Source: Squalus acanthias (lineage: Eukaryota). From it: 64,000 bases of DNA. Shown in pieces: positions 37,903 to 50,900 of the stretch. The position numbers and the translations under genes are program-made. The DNA lies in contig CM059431.1 of NCBI GenBank assembly GCA_030390025.1, forward strand, positions 125,304,001-125,368,000, read 5' to 3'. Position 1 is the stretch's first letter, and each line of letters starts with the position of its first letter. The notes below the pieces were generated by a model. The model was not told the origin of the DNA. It saw only the letters and a program-made list of their open reading frames with translations, and ran no database searches.

Positions 37903-38101
37903 AAAACAGAAAATGCTGGAAATACTCAGCAGGTCAGGCAGCATCTGTGGAGGGAGAAACAGAGTTAACGTTTCGTCATCGACCTGAAACGTTAACTCTG
38001 TTTCTCTCTCCACAGATGCTGCCTGACCTGCTGAGTATTTCCAGCATTTTCTGTTTTTATTTCAGATTTCCAGCATCCGCAGTATTTTGCTTTTGTGTTG
38101 T
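37903..38101 (+). mobile_element. Short Penelope-like fold-back insertion
   Basis: 72-bp arms 37903-37974 and 37986-38057; TSD AGTAGTCTGGGCTG at 37889-37902 and 38102-38115; right arm matches 61853-61960. Confidence 0.9.
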
Positions 38102-39842
38102 AGTAGTCTGGGCTGGCTGGCTGACAGGCAACAGCAAGGGCAGTGGTGGAGTAGCAGTGGTGGGAGGATGAATGCTGTTATCCTGAGAGAGGACAGCAGG
38201 GCCGTCCTCCACGGAGCCACTGCCACTCCCCTGGGACAGCGCCTCAGCAATCCTAGTAATCTGTTGGAGTACAGACTGCTGGACTGCTGTGACACCCTGC
38301 AAGCCCCTTTCAACACTAGTAAACCCAGCCATGATGGCGGCAGTTTGTGCTTGCATGACTTCAGTCTGAGCTTCCATTGCAGCACTCTGACGTTGGGTGA
38401 CTTCTGCTTGTGCTGCAATTGAAGCTGAGACTTTGGTCATCAGATGCGGCATGATGGTTAGGCTTAGGGTTAGCGTTAGGCCCTCTTCCCCTACTCCGTA
38501 CCTCCTGAAAATGTTATAACTAAGAATGTTAATTTTCCAGCCCTGTCCAAACTTAAGCCACTCTCTGTTATAGCTTTAACTTATCCCTCCATTCATTAGT
38601 GCTTCTAACTTGTTGATATGTTTTGAATGTTTAGTGCATTTGAATCAGATTTCCTTGTTTAGCTGTAAAGCCTGTAGAAACAGGCCCAGTTAAGTAAGTC
38701 ATTCATATTACCAAATCACAGGTTATTCAGAATGGACTATGGCTAGTTCTCTGGACTGCAAAGGGTAATAACTTTCTTTTCATGTGTCTTTTCTAAACTC
38801 ACCTGTGTTTAGTACTCCATTAATTAATTTAGATCATGTATTGTGCAATGAGACAGGGTTAATTAGCAATCTCATAGTAAAGGATCCTCTGGGGCAGAGT
38901 GATCATAATATGATAGAATTTCACATTAAGTTTGAGAGTGACTTGCCTAAGTCCGAAACTAGAGTCTTAAACTTAAATAAAGCCAATTACATGGTTATGA
39001 GGGTGAGTTGGCTAAGGTAGATTGGAAAAATAGATTAAAAGGTATGGCAGTAGATAAGCAATGGCTAGCATTTAAAGAAATATTTCATAATTCTCAACAA
39101 AGCTACATTCCATTGAGAAAAAAAACTCCATGGGAAAAGTGATCCAACCGTGGCTAACTAAAGAAGTTAAGGATAGCATTAGATTGAAAGAAGAAACTTA
39201 TAATGTTGTGAAGAATAGTAATAAGCCTGAGGATTGGGAGAGTTTCAGAAACCAGCAAAGGATGACCAAAAGATTGCTAAAAAGGGAAAAAATAGAATAT
39301 GAGAGAAAACTAGCAAGAAATATAAAAGCAGATTGTAAGAGCTTCTACAAGTAAGTAAAAAGGAAAAGAGTAGCAAAAGTAAACGTTGGTCCCTTAGAGA
39401 CTGAGGGGGAAAAATTTGGTTGGCTTGCACCTCCCGTTAGCGCCCTAAGAGGGCGCTAATGGGGTGCAAAGCAACTAGCGCCCGGACGCGGCGATGTTTG
39501 CGCCGCTCACAAAATTGACGAGAGTTCTTGCGGCGCCGCTAAAGTTTAGCGCCCCGATCTCCTGCGCCCGCAGATCGTGACGTCAGTCGAGCGTGCAACA
39601 CCCTGGTGGTGCCCCGGACCAGATATTGAGTGGCGCCCCCCTCCTTTCCGCCTGGAGCAAGCAACGACAGGCAGACTGGAATGTTTCCCAGTTGGTGAGG
39701 GGCTGGGGGGACACTATTTAAAGGCGGCCTCTTCCTGGCTTTTTCTGTGGTAGACATTTTTGCACCACTCATTCTGACAGAGAGAGTGATTCTGAGAGAG
39801 AGATAGAGAGAATGCATAGAGTCAACGCTGTGTGAAGTAGTT

Positions 39843-41072
39843 TTGGCTACTGAGCATCACTTTGCAGGTACTTTTGGATTTGACCTTCATTACTTTGATT
39901 GCCAAGAAACTGTGGGGGCTGCACTGATTCGGGGCGTCGTCCTGCACCTGCAGAATCAGAGGCAACAGAGATGCAGAGAGAGAGTGGCAATCATGGCCAG
40001 ATGGAGGAGGGCCAACAGGCCTCTGCACAGGAGACCTTACCCTCCCAGGGTATTCCGGGAACAATTCTCCTACATTAATTTGTCTGAGGAGCAGTGTTTG
40101 CGCGGGCTATGCTTCAGCAAGGAGGTGGTCACTGAGGTCTGCCACCTGCTGCAGCCAGATCTGCAGCCTCTACTGAGGACCAGGATGTCTCTGTTGGTGG
40201 CAGTGAAGGTCACAGTGGCTCTGAACTTTTATGCCACCGGCTCCTTTCAAGCAGCTACTGGGGACATCGCCAATATCTCCCAGTTCGTGATCCATTGCTG
40301 TATCTGTCAGGTCACAAATGCCCTCTTTAAAAGGAGACGCCAGTACAACTCTTTCCCGATGACCCGGGCCAAACAGCATGAATGCGCATTGGGCTTTGCG
40401 AGGATAGCAGACTTCCCCATGGTGCAGGGCGCCATTGACTGCACGCATGTGGCACTGCGGGCACCACATGAGAATGCAGAGGTTTTCCGAAACTGCAAGG
40501 GGTTCCACTCCTTAAACGTCCAGTTGGTCTGTGACCACAGACAGCTGATACTCGCTGTCAATGCCCGCTATCCTGGCAGCAGCCACGATGCTTTCATCCT
40601 GCGCCAGACTGCTGTGCCAGAACTTTTCCAGGCACCGCATCAGCCAAGTGGTTGGCTCCTCGGGGACAAGGGTTATCCACTGTGCACCTGGCTGATGACA
40701 CCGCTCCGTAACCCCAACACCCCTGCTGAGCTGCGGTACAATGAGAGCCATCTCGCCACCAGGAACATCATTGAGCAGACGATCGGCGTGCTCAAGCAAT
40801 GGTTCCGCTGTCTGGACCACTCAGGAGGAGCCCTGCAGTACTCGCCTGAGCGAGTTTCCCACTTCGTAGTTGTGTGCTGCATGCTGCTTAACCTGGCAAT
40901 CCTCAGGACCCAGCCAATGCCACCAGGCCTTGGAGCACCACCAGAGGAGGAGGAGGAAGAGGAGGAGGAAGAGGAGGAGGATGATCATCAGCAGCACCAA
41001 GGCGGGAGTGAGGCCCACAATGGTGAAACTGCAAGGGCCGTCCGTCAACGGTTGATAACAAGCCGCTTCTAG
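39843..41072 (+). CDS. Harbinger DDE transposase, open reading frame intact (true start uncertain, possibly ATG 39993)
   Basis: [30 protein letters not shown]; acidic C-terminal tract; no stops. Confidence 0.92.
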   Translation: MATEHHFAGTFGFDLHYFDCQETVGAALIRGVVLHLQNQRQQRCRERVAIMARWRRANRPLHRRPYPPRVFREQFSYINLSEEQCLRGLCFSKEVVTEVCHLLQPDLQPLLRTRMSLLVAVKVTVALNFYATGSFQAATGDIANISQFVIHCCICQVTNALFKRRRQYNSFPMTRAKQHECALGFARIADFPMVQGAIDCTHVALRAPHENAEVFRNCKGFHSLNVQLVCDHRQLILAVNARYPGSSHDAFILRQTAVPELFQAPHQPSGWLLGDKGYPLCTWLMTPLRNPNTPAELRYNESHLATRNIIEQTIGVLKQWFRCLDHSGGALQYSPERVSHFVVVCCMLLNLAILRTQPMPPGLGAPPEEEEEEEEEEEEDDHQQHQGGSEAHNGETARAVRQRLITSRF

Positions 41073-41369
41073 GCCCCTACTGAGGAAATGGCTTCTGGCA
41101 TGGAGAACAACATGAATGAAAGCAACCCGCAACCCCAAAGCCGGCCAAGGCAGCAATGATTCCAAAAGCCAAACCTGTACATTTTGAATACAAAAACTTT
41201 TTTATTTTACAAACTCTGTGTGTGTCATTTCTTCATGACAAACTAACAGAAACAAACACAAAAAATCATTCATTAACATAACTGGTTCTCACAACCTGGA
41301 GATAATGTCCAAAACACGAAACAAAAGTTTGAAGACGAACCTCGGCCTTTAATAAAAAATTGACCAACA

Positions 41370-43201
41370 TTTCGTCACACCTCCTACTTTTTGCTTTTCG
41401 AGGGTGATCTCCTTCCCTTGCGCACTTCACCCCTTCCCACCCTACTGCTCCTCCGTAATGGGGCCCCAGTGGCTGCAGCAAGGCTGGTGGAAGGCTGCTG
41501 ATGTTAGAACCTGAGACTACAGATGTCCTTGTAGGACGGCCTCGACCAGGTCTGGGCCTGGAGGGCCCGGCTGCAGACTGCACCAACTCTGCATGGGCGG
41601 CAGCAGTCTGGGCTACAGGTGGTGGCAAGTGCAGTGGAGAAGTGACAGTGGTGGCAGCAGGAATGCTGTCATCTTGAGAGAGGACAGCAACTCCCTGCTC
41701 GACCAACACACTGGCACTCCCACAGGGCAGCACCTCAGCATCCAGAGCAATCTGCTGGAGCACAGATTGCTGGCCTGCTGCGGCGCGGTGAGAGCCCCGG
41801 GGAAATGTGTCCGAACCAGCGAGGATGGCAACAGTCAGTGCTTGCGTGGCCTCAATCTGAGTCTGCATGAGACCAGTCTGAGATTGGATCACGGCTGCCA
41901 GTGACTGAATTGCAGCACTAAGCATTAGCGTGGCATCCGCCTGTGCTACAGCGTAGTGCTCCATACTCCTTGCCAGTGCATCAGTGCAATTGGGCACCCT
42001 TCCCACTGCACCCATGAGCTCAGTGTGCATGTCCACGTCCTGGGTGTTCATTTCAGCGATGAGCTTCTCCTACTCTGCGTCCAATGCAGCAGGACTCACT
42101 GGCCTACTCTCCTCCGGGGAGAAGGCCCCCGAGCTTCCCTAGCCACATCGCGTTGCTGCAGCCCGCTGGGTCCAGGAGCTTCACCCTCATCAGACCCATC
42201 CCCCCTGCTCCCCTCCAGGGAAGACCTGGTCCCAGTGTGGGCATGGGCTTCCTCGGGAGAGGGTGGCGCTGATGCTCCGGCTTCCTCTTCCTCCTCGTCT
42301 GCAGCTTCACTCCCACTGGCAACTGGAGGGCCCGTCTCCTCAGCTGGTGAATCAGCATCTGAAAGCAGGGAGGTACAAGAGTGGCTTTAGCGTGAGGACA
42401 GGGTGGCAGTAAGGGTGGAAGGAGTGCAGCGATTTAGTAAGTTGGATTGTAAGTGTCAAAGGTTGGTGTTGTGAGGGACAAGTGGAATGAGAGAGGAGAG
42501 AAAGCTGATGACCTTACCATTGCTGTCCCGAATGGGGTCAGCCTCTCCAGGGGCGACGGGACCAAGCACCTGGCTTGCCACAATCCTCTGGACGCGCGCC
42601 TCAAGATCACTGAGCGGTTGCAACTGAGGCCGCCCTCCACCCGTCCGTTGCTGCTGTCTCCTATTGTGAGATAGCTTGGCCTGCAAGAAAAAGGACGGTG
42701 TCTGAGTAAATATACAGCCATGGTCTTGCCTGATGTGCCTCCCATAATTAAATAGCCCTGAATGTATGCAGCCATGGTCTTGCCTGATGTGCCTCCCATA
42801 GTTGAATAGCCCTTACTGTATGCAAGGTGTGGAATGCGCATGTGTGTTTCATGAGAGCGCCATAGGTGTTGGATGAGTGTTGGGCATTGGGGTTTTAAGA
42901 CCCGCTGGCCATAGAGTGAGGTTGAAATGGAGGGATGGAGAGGTATTGAAAAAAAGCCACTCACCCTGACAACCCGAGTGAGGTCGTTGAACTTTTTGTG
43001 ACATTCAGTATGGGTCCTGGGCACCATGCTTCTGGAGGAGACGTGCTGAGCCACCTCCCTCCACACTCTTCTGTAGTCATGCGGCAAAGGCCTCCTGCCA
43101 CTCTCAGGGAAGATTATAGATCTTCTGCGCTCCACCGCACCAACCAGAGTCTCCAAGGCCCACTCGCTGAAGCACTGAGCTCGTTCTCTCACCCTCTCCA
43201 T
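41370..43201 (-). pseudogene. Myb/SANT-like gene of copy B, 3 exons (43201-42965, 42680-42518, 42358 to about 41370); frameshifts in exon 3
   Basis: Exon 1 is 237 nt (phase 0) and exon 2 is 163 nt (phase 1), both open; 1-bp deletion near 42112 relative to copy A. Confidence 0.88.
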
Positions 43202-46200
43202 AGTCCTTGGCTGGAAAATGTAGTCACAGGTCTCTCCAGGCCGAGATTCTAGGCTCCAATGAGCAGGGTGTGGCTGGAGAGCAAGATTGACCCTCCCCTT
43301 TAAGAACTGGCTGGCGCCAGTGTGTCTGTGTTCCATCGCTAATTGACATCACCTGCGCTGCGCCCGCGCTCTGAGTTAGCACCTCGCTCCTCGGCCTTTG
43401 TGCCTTAAGATAGGTGTGAAGCGCCTGATTTAGCGCTCCAATCACCTCCAGGGGCGATAGAAGCCAAGTTTGCAGTCGGAGGCGATAATTAGCGCCAGGC
43501 ACTAAACTTTGCACCCGGCCGATAATTGCGCCCCAAACGGGGCGATACTGAATCGCTCCCCCTTTGACTGCAGAAATTATTATGGGGAATAAGGAAATGG
43601 CAGAAATGTTAAACAAATATTTTGTACCTGTCTTCACAGTAGAAGACACAAAAAGCATACCAAAATTGATAGGGAACCAAGGGTCTAATGAGGGTGAGGA
43701 ACGTAACGTAATTAATTTAAGTAGAGAAAAAGTACTAGAGAAACTAATGGGACTAAAAGCCAACAAATCCCCTGGACCTGACGGCCTATATCCTAGGGTT
43801 CTAAAAGAGGTGGCTGAAGAGATAGTGGATGCATTGGTTTTGATCTTCCAAAATTCCCTAGATTCTAGAACGGTCCCAGCGTTTGGAAGGTCGTAAATGT
43901 AACACCGCTATTCAAGAAAGGATTTAGAGAGAAAACAGGGAACTACAGGCCAGTTAGCCTGACATCAGTCGTCGGGAAAATGCTGGAATCCATTGTTAAG
44001 GAAGTGGTATCAGGGCACTTAGAAAATAGTAACATGATTAGGCAGAGTCAACATGGTTTTATGAAAGGGAAATCGTGTTTGACAAATTTATTAGAGTTTT
44101 TTGAGGATGTAACTAGCAGGGTAGATAAAGGGAAACCAGTGGATGTAGTATATTTGGATTTCCAAAAGGCATTCGATAAAGGTTATTACACAAGATTAGG
44201 GCTCATGGGGTTCGGGGTAATATAATAGCATGCATAGAGGATTGGTTAACGGACAGAAAACAGAGAGCAGGGATAAACGGATCTTTTTCAGGTTGGCAGG
44301 CTGTAACTAGTGGGGTGCCGCAAGGATCAGTGTTGGGGCCTCAGCTATTAACAATCTATATTAATGACCTAGATGAAGGGACCGAGTGTAATGTATCCAA
44401 GTTTGCTGATGATACAAAGCTAGGTGGGACAGTAAGCTGTGAGGAGAACACAAAGAGTCTGCAAAGGGATATAGATAGACTAAGTGAGTGGGCAGTAAGG
44501 TGGCAGATGGAGTATAATGTAGGGAAATGTGAGGTTATTCACTTTGGTTGGAAGAATAGAAAAACAGAATATTTTTTAAATGGTGAGACACTTTTAAATG
44601 TTGGTGTTCAGAGAGATTTGGGTGTCCTCGTGCAAGAAACACAGAAAGCTAGCATGCAGGTACCGCAAGCAATAAGGACGGCAAATGGCATGTTGGCCTT
44701 TATTGCAAGGGGGCTGGCTTATAAGAGTAAGAAAGTCTTGCTACAATTGTACAGGGCCTTGGTGAGACCACACCTGGAGTACTGTGCACAGTTTTGGTCT
44801 CCTTATCTAAGGAAGGATATACTTGCCTTGGAGGCGGTGCAACAAAGGTTCACTAGATTGATTCCTGGAATGAGAGGGCTGTCCTATGATGAGAGATTGT
44901 GTAGAATGGGTCTATACTCTCTGGAGTTTAGAAGAATGAGAGGTGATCTCATTGAAACATACAAGATTCTGAAGGGGATTGACAGGGTAGATGCTGAGAG
45001 GTTGTTTCCCCTGGCTGGAGTGTCTGGAACTAGGGGGCATAGTCTCAGGATAAGGGGTAGGCCACTTAAGACCGAGATGAGGAGGAATTTCTTCACTCAG
45101 AGGGTTGTGAATCTTTAGAATTCTCTGCCCCAGAGGGCTGTGAATGCTGAGTCTCTGAGTATATTCAAGGCTGAGATAGATAGATTTTTGGACTATAGGG
45201 GAATCAAGGGATATGGAGATGGGGCGGGAAATTGGAGTTGAGGTCAATGAACAGCAGGCTCGAAGGTCCGTATGGCCTACTCCTGCTCCTATTTCTTATG
45301 TTCTTATTAAAACATGTTAACAAAAAAGGGTTCGGCTCAGCCTATAGAATCTTTCACTTGAGACTGCAAGGACAACCATAATACTAATCTAGGGGGATAC
45401 ATTTGCTCTGTGCATTTTGTGCAATAAAATCATAAACTCGCTGATAAAGAACATTTATGATTTCACTACAAAGAGCACACAAAGGAAATTTTCCGCCATA
45501 ATTAGCAGCCACTCTTTGCAAAACTAGAATCAGAGAAACTGTCTGTATCTGAATTTATACAACCCGAGCACATTCGCTTCAATTCGTATTTCCAGTTTGA
45601 AGTTCATCCCTGTTGGATATCATTGAAAGCCTGTCTGTTGACTGTCTAAATGCTCTCCTTATTACAAGAAAATGTCAAGCAGCTGGGCAATGCCTCCCTC
45701 CAGGTCTTAATATCTAAATTGCATTCTAGGATGTATCCCACTGGGGCAGGGGGTCAGGGGGTTGCTTTCAGCATAAAATAAAAAACAAGACTGTTTAATA
45801 AAATTCTGTATCCCTTCTTTGCCATATCATTGAAATAAATCAACAGGTGTTTGACCTATCTTTCATAAGAGATCTGATTATTAATAATTTACTTAAATGT
45901 CTAGAGGCTGGCTCTGTCTCCCTGGTTGAAAATCTAATAAAATATTATCCATTAAAAGCATCTGTCTACATTTAGCGCTCCAAATCAGATAATACATTCG
46001 GCACTGAGCATATTTTTTTATTTGCTTCTTTGAAAAGATAATCTTTTTGTGGGTCCTGTTAACTATTTACCATTATCTTTCCACGTATGCTTCAAGCAAT
46101 TCCTCTTCGTTCAATGCAGCCAATCATTTTAGATTCAAGACGGTATTTAAGTTTCCTAGCAATATGATTATTTAGTATGCGAACTAAGATGCCCATTCAT

Positions 46201-47099
46201 AGAATTCAACTCATCCGTGAGATGCAATCAGTAACAACACAATTGCCAGTAATATATGAAAACCAAATTCGAGGCTCCTCTGATGGCTCAGTGTTTTCTC
46301 TATATGTAGCTGAGCCATACAGGCCAGGGTTCCCACTCCTGATTGTTATCCAGTGACCCCTTCTACTGGAAGCACACTTGTGTGGATATCATTAGGGACA
46401 AGGTCAGGCTTGGAGTTGATACCCCGATGTTTAATTGGCCTGTCAATCCTTCTTTGCTCACTGGGGAGCAGTAATAAAGTCTACTGGCCTGAGGATGCAG
46501 AGTGTGTCCAGTATCCATTGAATTGAATGAAAAAAAAGAACACATCTTTAATGAGTATGAACAACAGCTTGGAGCAGTTTGGTGCTATCACCATACTCGA
46601 CGGCGAGAAGTCTAAGTTCATAACGCTTTGATCAGCTGGATGAAAACAGGAATTGGTTCTGGTGAGAATGAAATGTTAAACAACTGCTGAACTAGCTATG
46701 ATTCCCAAAGCCTGCACATTAGTACAGCTCTTGTGATCAGGTAAAAATTGAAATTGTCGTATGAACTGAATAGGTTTAAAATTAAGAACACTGTAAGGGT
46801 AAATTTGCAAATTCTTGTTGCATATTGGAGATTCAGGTGCAGACTCATAAATTGCCATTCAAATGCTTAAACCCTTTTGTTTCTTGGGTACCATGAACAC
46901 CAGCACACTTTTCACTCTTGAAAATGAATAGCTGTCCAAGTCTCCCATCACTATACAGGTTAGTGGGTGGAGGTCCAGAGAATTTCTGTGATATCCATGT
47001 GAAACAGCAGATAAGCAGCAGTTTCTAGACCCTTCACTATTTTCTTCATCTCAAGTGGTTATACTAACCCACTTTTAGCTTATTCCCTTGTTTCCTGTG

Positions 47100-47850
47100 G
47101 ATCAATCACAGCAATATAAATATTCCAGGCTCGTTATAGGGAGCTCATAAGGTAATGTGCATACAGTCAATGGCACATTGCACCTTGAGGAACCCTCCAT
47201 GCGAGCGAAATCTTGTGATGTATCGTCCTGCTTCAACCTTTCAATAGGGAAGGTGATGTAAGTGTTTTTCCTGGTGTAGAGAGCTTCGGTCACCTCCCTG
47301 AAAATTGGTGTACTGCAAACTAACTGAGATGTTGCTGATGTCACCTGTTTCAGCCTGAAAGGAGCCAGTGGCATAAAAGATGAGGTCGACAATGACCTTG
47401 ACAGCCATAGGCAGTGCTGCCCATTCCCTAGTTTGAGGCTCACCTTGTGGCTGCAATAGGTGACATAACTTGGTGACAGCCTTCTTGGTGAAGCAAAGGC
47501 ACCTCATGCATTGCTCCTCAGTAAAGTTGAAGTAAAGTGAGGGACCCTTCATGCGAATTAGCACCATGCTGTGCTGTGTGAGCTCAGCACGTGGCGAATA
47601 AAGCAATGAGGCAATCGTAAATTGAATACGGGTTGTGTAAGAGGAGCAGGATCCTAATTTAAGTACATTATGCAAAGCTTGGAATGCTGCCGGCATGCGT
47701 TCCTGCTGCTAGTATGGCATTTTATACCAATATGGTGGGCTGCGCAATTCTAGCTGGAAATATGCACACGCTTCCTGCCCGCCATATTGGGGGCTTAGTA
47801 GGCCAAATAGCATCTAAGAAACGGGCACCTCACGGACAAATTTATAGGCC
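47100..47850 (-). mobile_element. Harbinger relic: terminus plus N-terminal transposase
   Basis: ORF 47241-47696 (FNFTEEQCMRCLCF...FYATGSFQ); terminus AAATTTATAGGCC. Confidence 0.8.
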
Positions 47851-47963
47851 ATTATCTTTTAACCTTGTTCCTTTGTTCAACCACTCTATGGTGTTCACGA
47901 TACTCATAATAGCCTCATTCTGGGTCACAGTTATATTACTGGCTTATTTCTTTAAAGTCCTCA

Positions 47964-50900
47964 GGGGGAGAAATTCATTATAGCCCAGGAATGGACGGTA
48001 ACTTCAGAAAAGTTTGAGATTTAGCGCCAGGCGCTAATGAATCATGCTGCACACAAAATTAAGTACCATCGCTCAAAGAAAGGATTGGAGCGCTAAATCA
48101 GGTGCTAATGGCCTAGCTCAGTGGCAATACACTCAAAGTGCTAACCAATATCAGGTGCAGTCTAATTGCAAGTCATCATTGCCACAGGCTCTTTCCAGTT
48201 CTTAAAGAGGAGGTTCATTGATGCTGCAGAACCTGATTCTCAACGTTGCTGGCTGTGAACCTGTGTCAGCAAGTAGGAGCAGGCCAAGCCCAAGGAGCCG
48301 GACGACTCAAGCAGGGGTCATGATGGCAGATCCATGACCCAGGGAGAGAGCCCGCAGATTTTGGGACCAAGCATTGGAGGAGTTGGTGTCAGCTGTGGAG
48401 AGACAGTGGGCGGTGCTCACCCAACAAGTGGCAGGAGGCTCTCGCCGCAAATCTTCTGTGCCATGTGGAGGGAGAATGCCTAGCATGTCTCGGGCAGCAC
48501 TGTGGTCCCCAGGATCCACACACACAGTGCAGGAAAAAATTTAACGAACTCAGTCAGGTGGTCAGGGTGAGTGAATGCTTCAACAAATGCTATATACCAC
48601 CATCTGAACCACAGTCTGCACACATTGCCCAAAGGACCACCCCCCCCCAGCACTCACCCACCAACAATCTCTACCTACCAACACTCTCACCCACATCTCA
48701 CACCTTGCACACAATGACAGCTATTCAATTATAGCAGGCACACCACCCAAACACATTGTTCCACACTCGCTCACACACTCTCCTTGCTCTTGCAGGCCAA
48801 AGTGGCTCACAACAGGAGGGAGCAGGAGCACAGGCGGGGGACAAGCCGACACCCAAACACTGTCTGAGCTGGAAAATAGAGTGCTGCAAATTGTTGGGTG
48901 CCAGGTGGTGGGCGCCATGGCCACCAGCGACGTTGACCCCCTTGAGGACAATAACGGTATGTTCATCGCTACTCCTTCTTCCCACATCCCAATTTCCCCT
49001 CACCCAACAAGTCTTTCCCACTTTCCAGCTAATCATGCTGTATGCATGCATTGCTCCCTTCCTGCCACCTTCCCCTCACATTAACCCGACTCTTGTGCCT
49101 TTATGCTTTCAGATAATGAGCAAGCACATGAGCAGCCTGTCCCTGAGGGCACCGTAGAGAGCGAGGCGGGAGAAGAGGAGGAGGAAGAACACACCACGTC
49201 ACTGCATGTCTCACCCACAGGCACCAGCTCAGATACTGGCACTGCGTGTTCTTTAGCGGCTAGTATAGTAGCGGGATCTACACAGGGTGATGTACCGGGG
49301 AGGAGCGGGCTGCAGCTAGGCCAGGGGAAAGGGTAGCTCGGGGGCCAGCTCCCCGGAGGGCGGGTTCGCACGTGTGTTCTGCTGCACAGGACTCAGATGA
49401 GGACCTCGATGGGGAGGCATTTAGAAGAAGGGTGATGGGCATGCACACAAAGATGATAGGTGCAATGGCAAGAGTGCCCGAGAGCCTCGCGGTAATGATC
49501 AGTAACATGGAGGAGTCCGCCTCCAACAAAGCATAAGGCTCTGCGCACACCATGGAGCCCATCATTTCCAGTCTGTAAAAGATGTTAGACTCCCAGAGAG
49601 ACCGTGGTGACCCAGACCCGATGCCGCGTGTGATGGGCGAAATGGCAGCTTCTATTGCAGCACAGGTGGAAGTGACGCAACGTCTTGGTGCTGTAATGCA
49701 GTCTATGCTTGGTGGCATCCAATCTCAGACTGCTCCATGCGGTCTCAGCTTGATGCCACGCAAGCTCTGACTGCTGCCATCATGTCTGGCTCTACCAGCA
49801 AGCCAGCAATTTGTGCTCCACCAGGTTGCTAGGGATGCTGAGGTGCTGCCCCGGGGGTGTGGCAGTGGGTCAGTGGAGCAGGAACCTGCTGTCCTCTCTC
49901 AGGATGACAGCATTCCTGCTCCTACCACTGGCACTCCGCCATTGCCCCTGTTGCTGCCTGTCATCCAGCCAGCCCAGACTGCTGCCGCCCGTACTGAGGT
50001 GGTGCAGTCTGCAGCTGGGCCTTCCAGGCCCAGAGCTATTCGAGGGCCTCCTGCCAGTCCATCTGAAGTCTCCCGCACGGACACTCAGCAGACTTCCACC
50101 AGCCCTGCTGCAGCCACTGGGCCAACACTTCGTAGGAGCTCTAGAGTAGGCAAAGGCACAGTAACGAGAGGCACTAAGGGATTGCACAAGGGTGAATAGT
50201 TAATATTGTTGTTGCAAATATGTGTTCACTGATTTTTTGATGAATTTATTAATTGTTTGGATTCTTTTGTGGTGTGTCTCATTTAAGCTTTCCACTGTGA
50301 TATAGCCTGTGACAGGGATGGAATGATGGGGATGTGGTAAGCAATGGGGATCTGGGGCTTAATTCATTCGAACCGCAGTCTGATGTGGCGGTCACGGACT
50401 GCTCTTCCGGAAGGCCGTTTGAGTGGCTATCTCCTCCCTCGCTCCTGTTCTTCCCCCTCCTCATCCTCCTGTTCCTCCTCCTCGTCCTCCTTGTCATCCT
50501 CCTCATCTTCCTCTTCCTCCTCCTCCTCCTCCTCCTCTCCCTCGTCCTCCTCCTGAGGTGGTCCCGCAATCCCTCGTGGCAAGGGCTGGGCCCTCATGAT
50601 GGCCAAGTTGTGGAGCATGCAGCAGACCATGACGAAATGCAACACCTGCTCAGCCGAGTGCTGGAGGTCTCCTCCCGAGAGGTCAAGGCAGCGGAACCAT
50701 TGCTTCAGCAGGCCGATGGTCTGCTCGATGATGTTCCTGGTGGCAGCATGGCTCTCATTATATGAGTGCTGGGCAGGAGTGTTAGGGTTGCGGAGACGAG
50801 TCATGAGCCAGGTGAAGAGCGGATAGCCCTTGTCTCAATCCACGATCACGATCCACCTGGCGTTGAGGCTCCCGCCGATAACTGTTAGCGGCGCCACTGC

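Larger units (their letters stand above)
34444..38455 (+). mobile_element. Harbinger transposon copy D, right end lost; transposase pseudogene about 36301-37425, Myb exon-3 relic 37673-38455 (-); three insertions
   Basis: Left terminus GGCCGCAAAATTCGG; ORFs 36314-37285 ([26 protein letters not shown]). Confidence 0.9.
39405..43562 (+). mobile_element. Full-length two-gene PIF/Harbinger transposon, copy B
   Basis: Termini GGGGGAAAAATTTGGT / ACTGAATCGCTCCCCC; boundaries fixed by the interrupted CR1; colinear with copy A. Confidence 0.95.
38826..45306 (+). mobile_element. CR1 LINE (38826-39404 and 43563-45306) split by Harbinger copy B
   Basis: DPLGQSDHNMI (APE end), PWLTKEV, KSPGPDG, PQGSVLGP, FADD; tail cttatgttctta. 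Confidence 0.95.

Noticed and set aside
39843..41072. Calling this the host gene HARBI1
   Set aside because: It lies within TIRs, is inserted in a CR1 and has several paralogues in the window, so it is a transposon copy rather than the domesticated gene
50344..50556. Poly-serine ORF on the + strand
   Set aside because: Antisense reading of the transposase acidic tract
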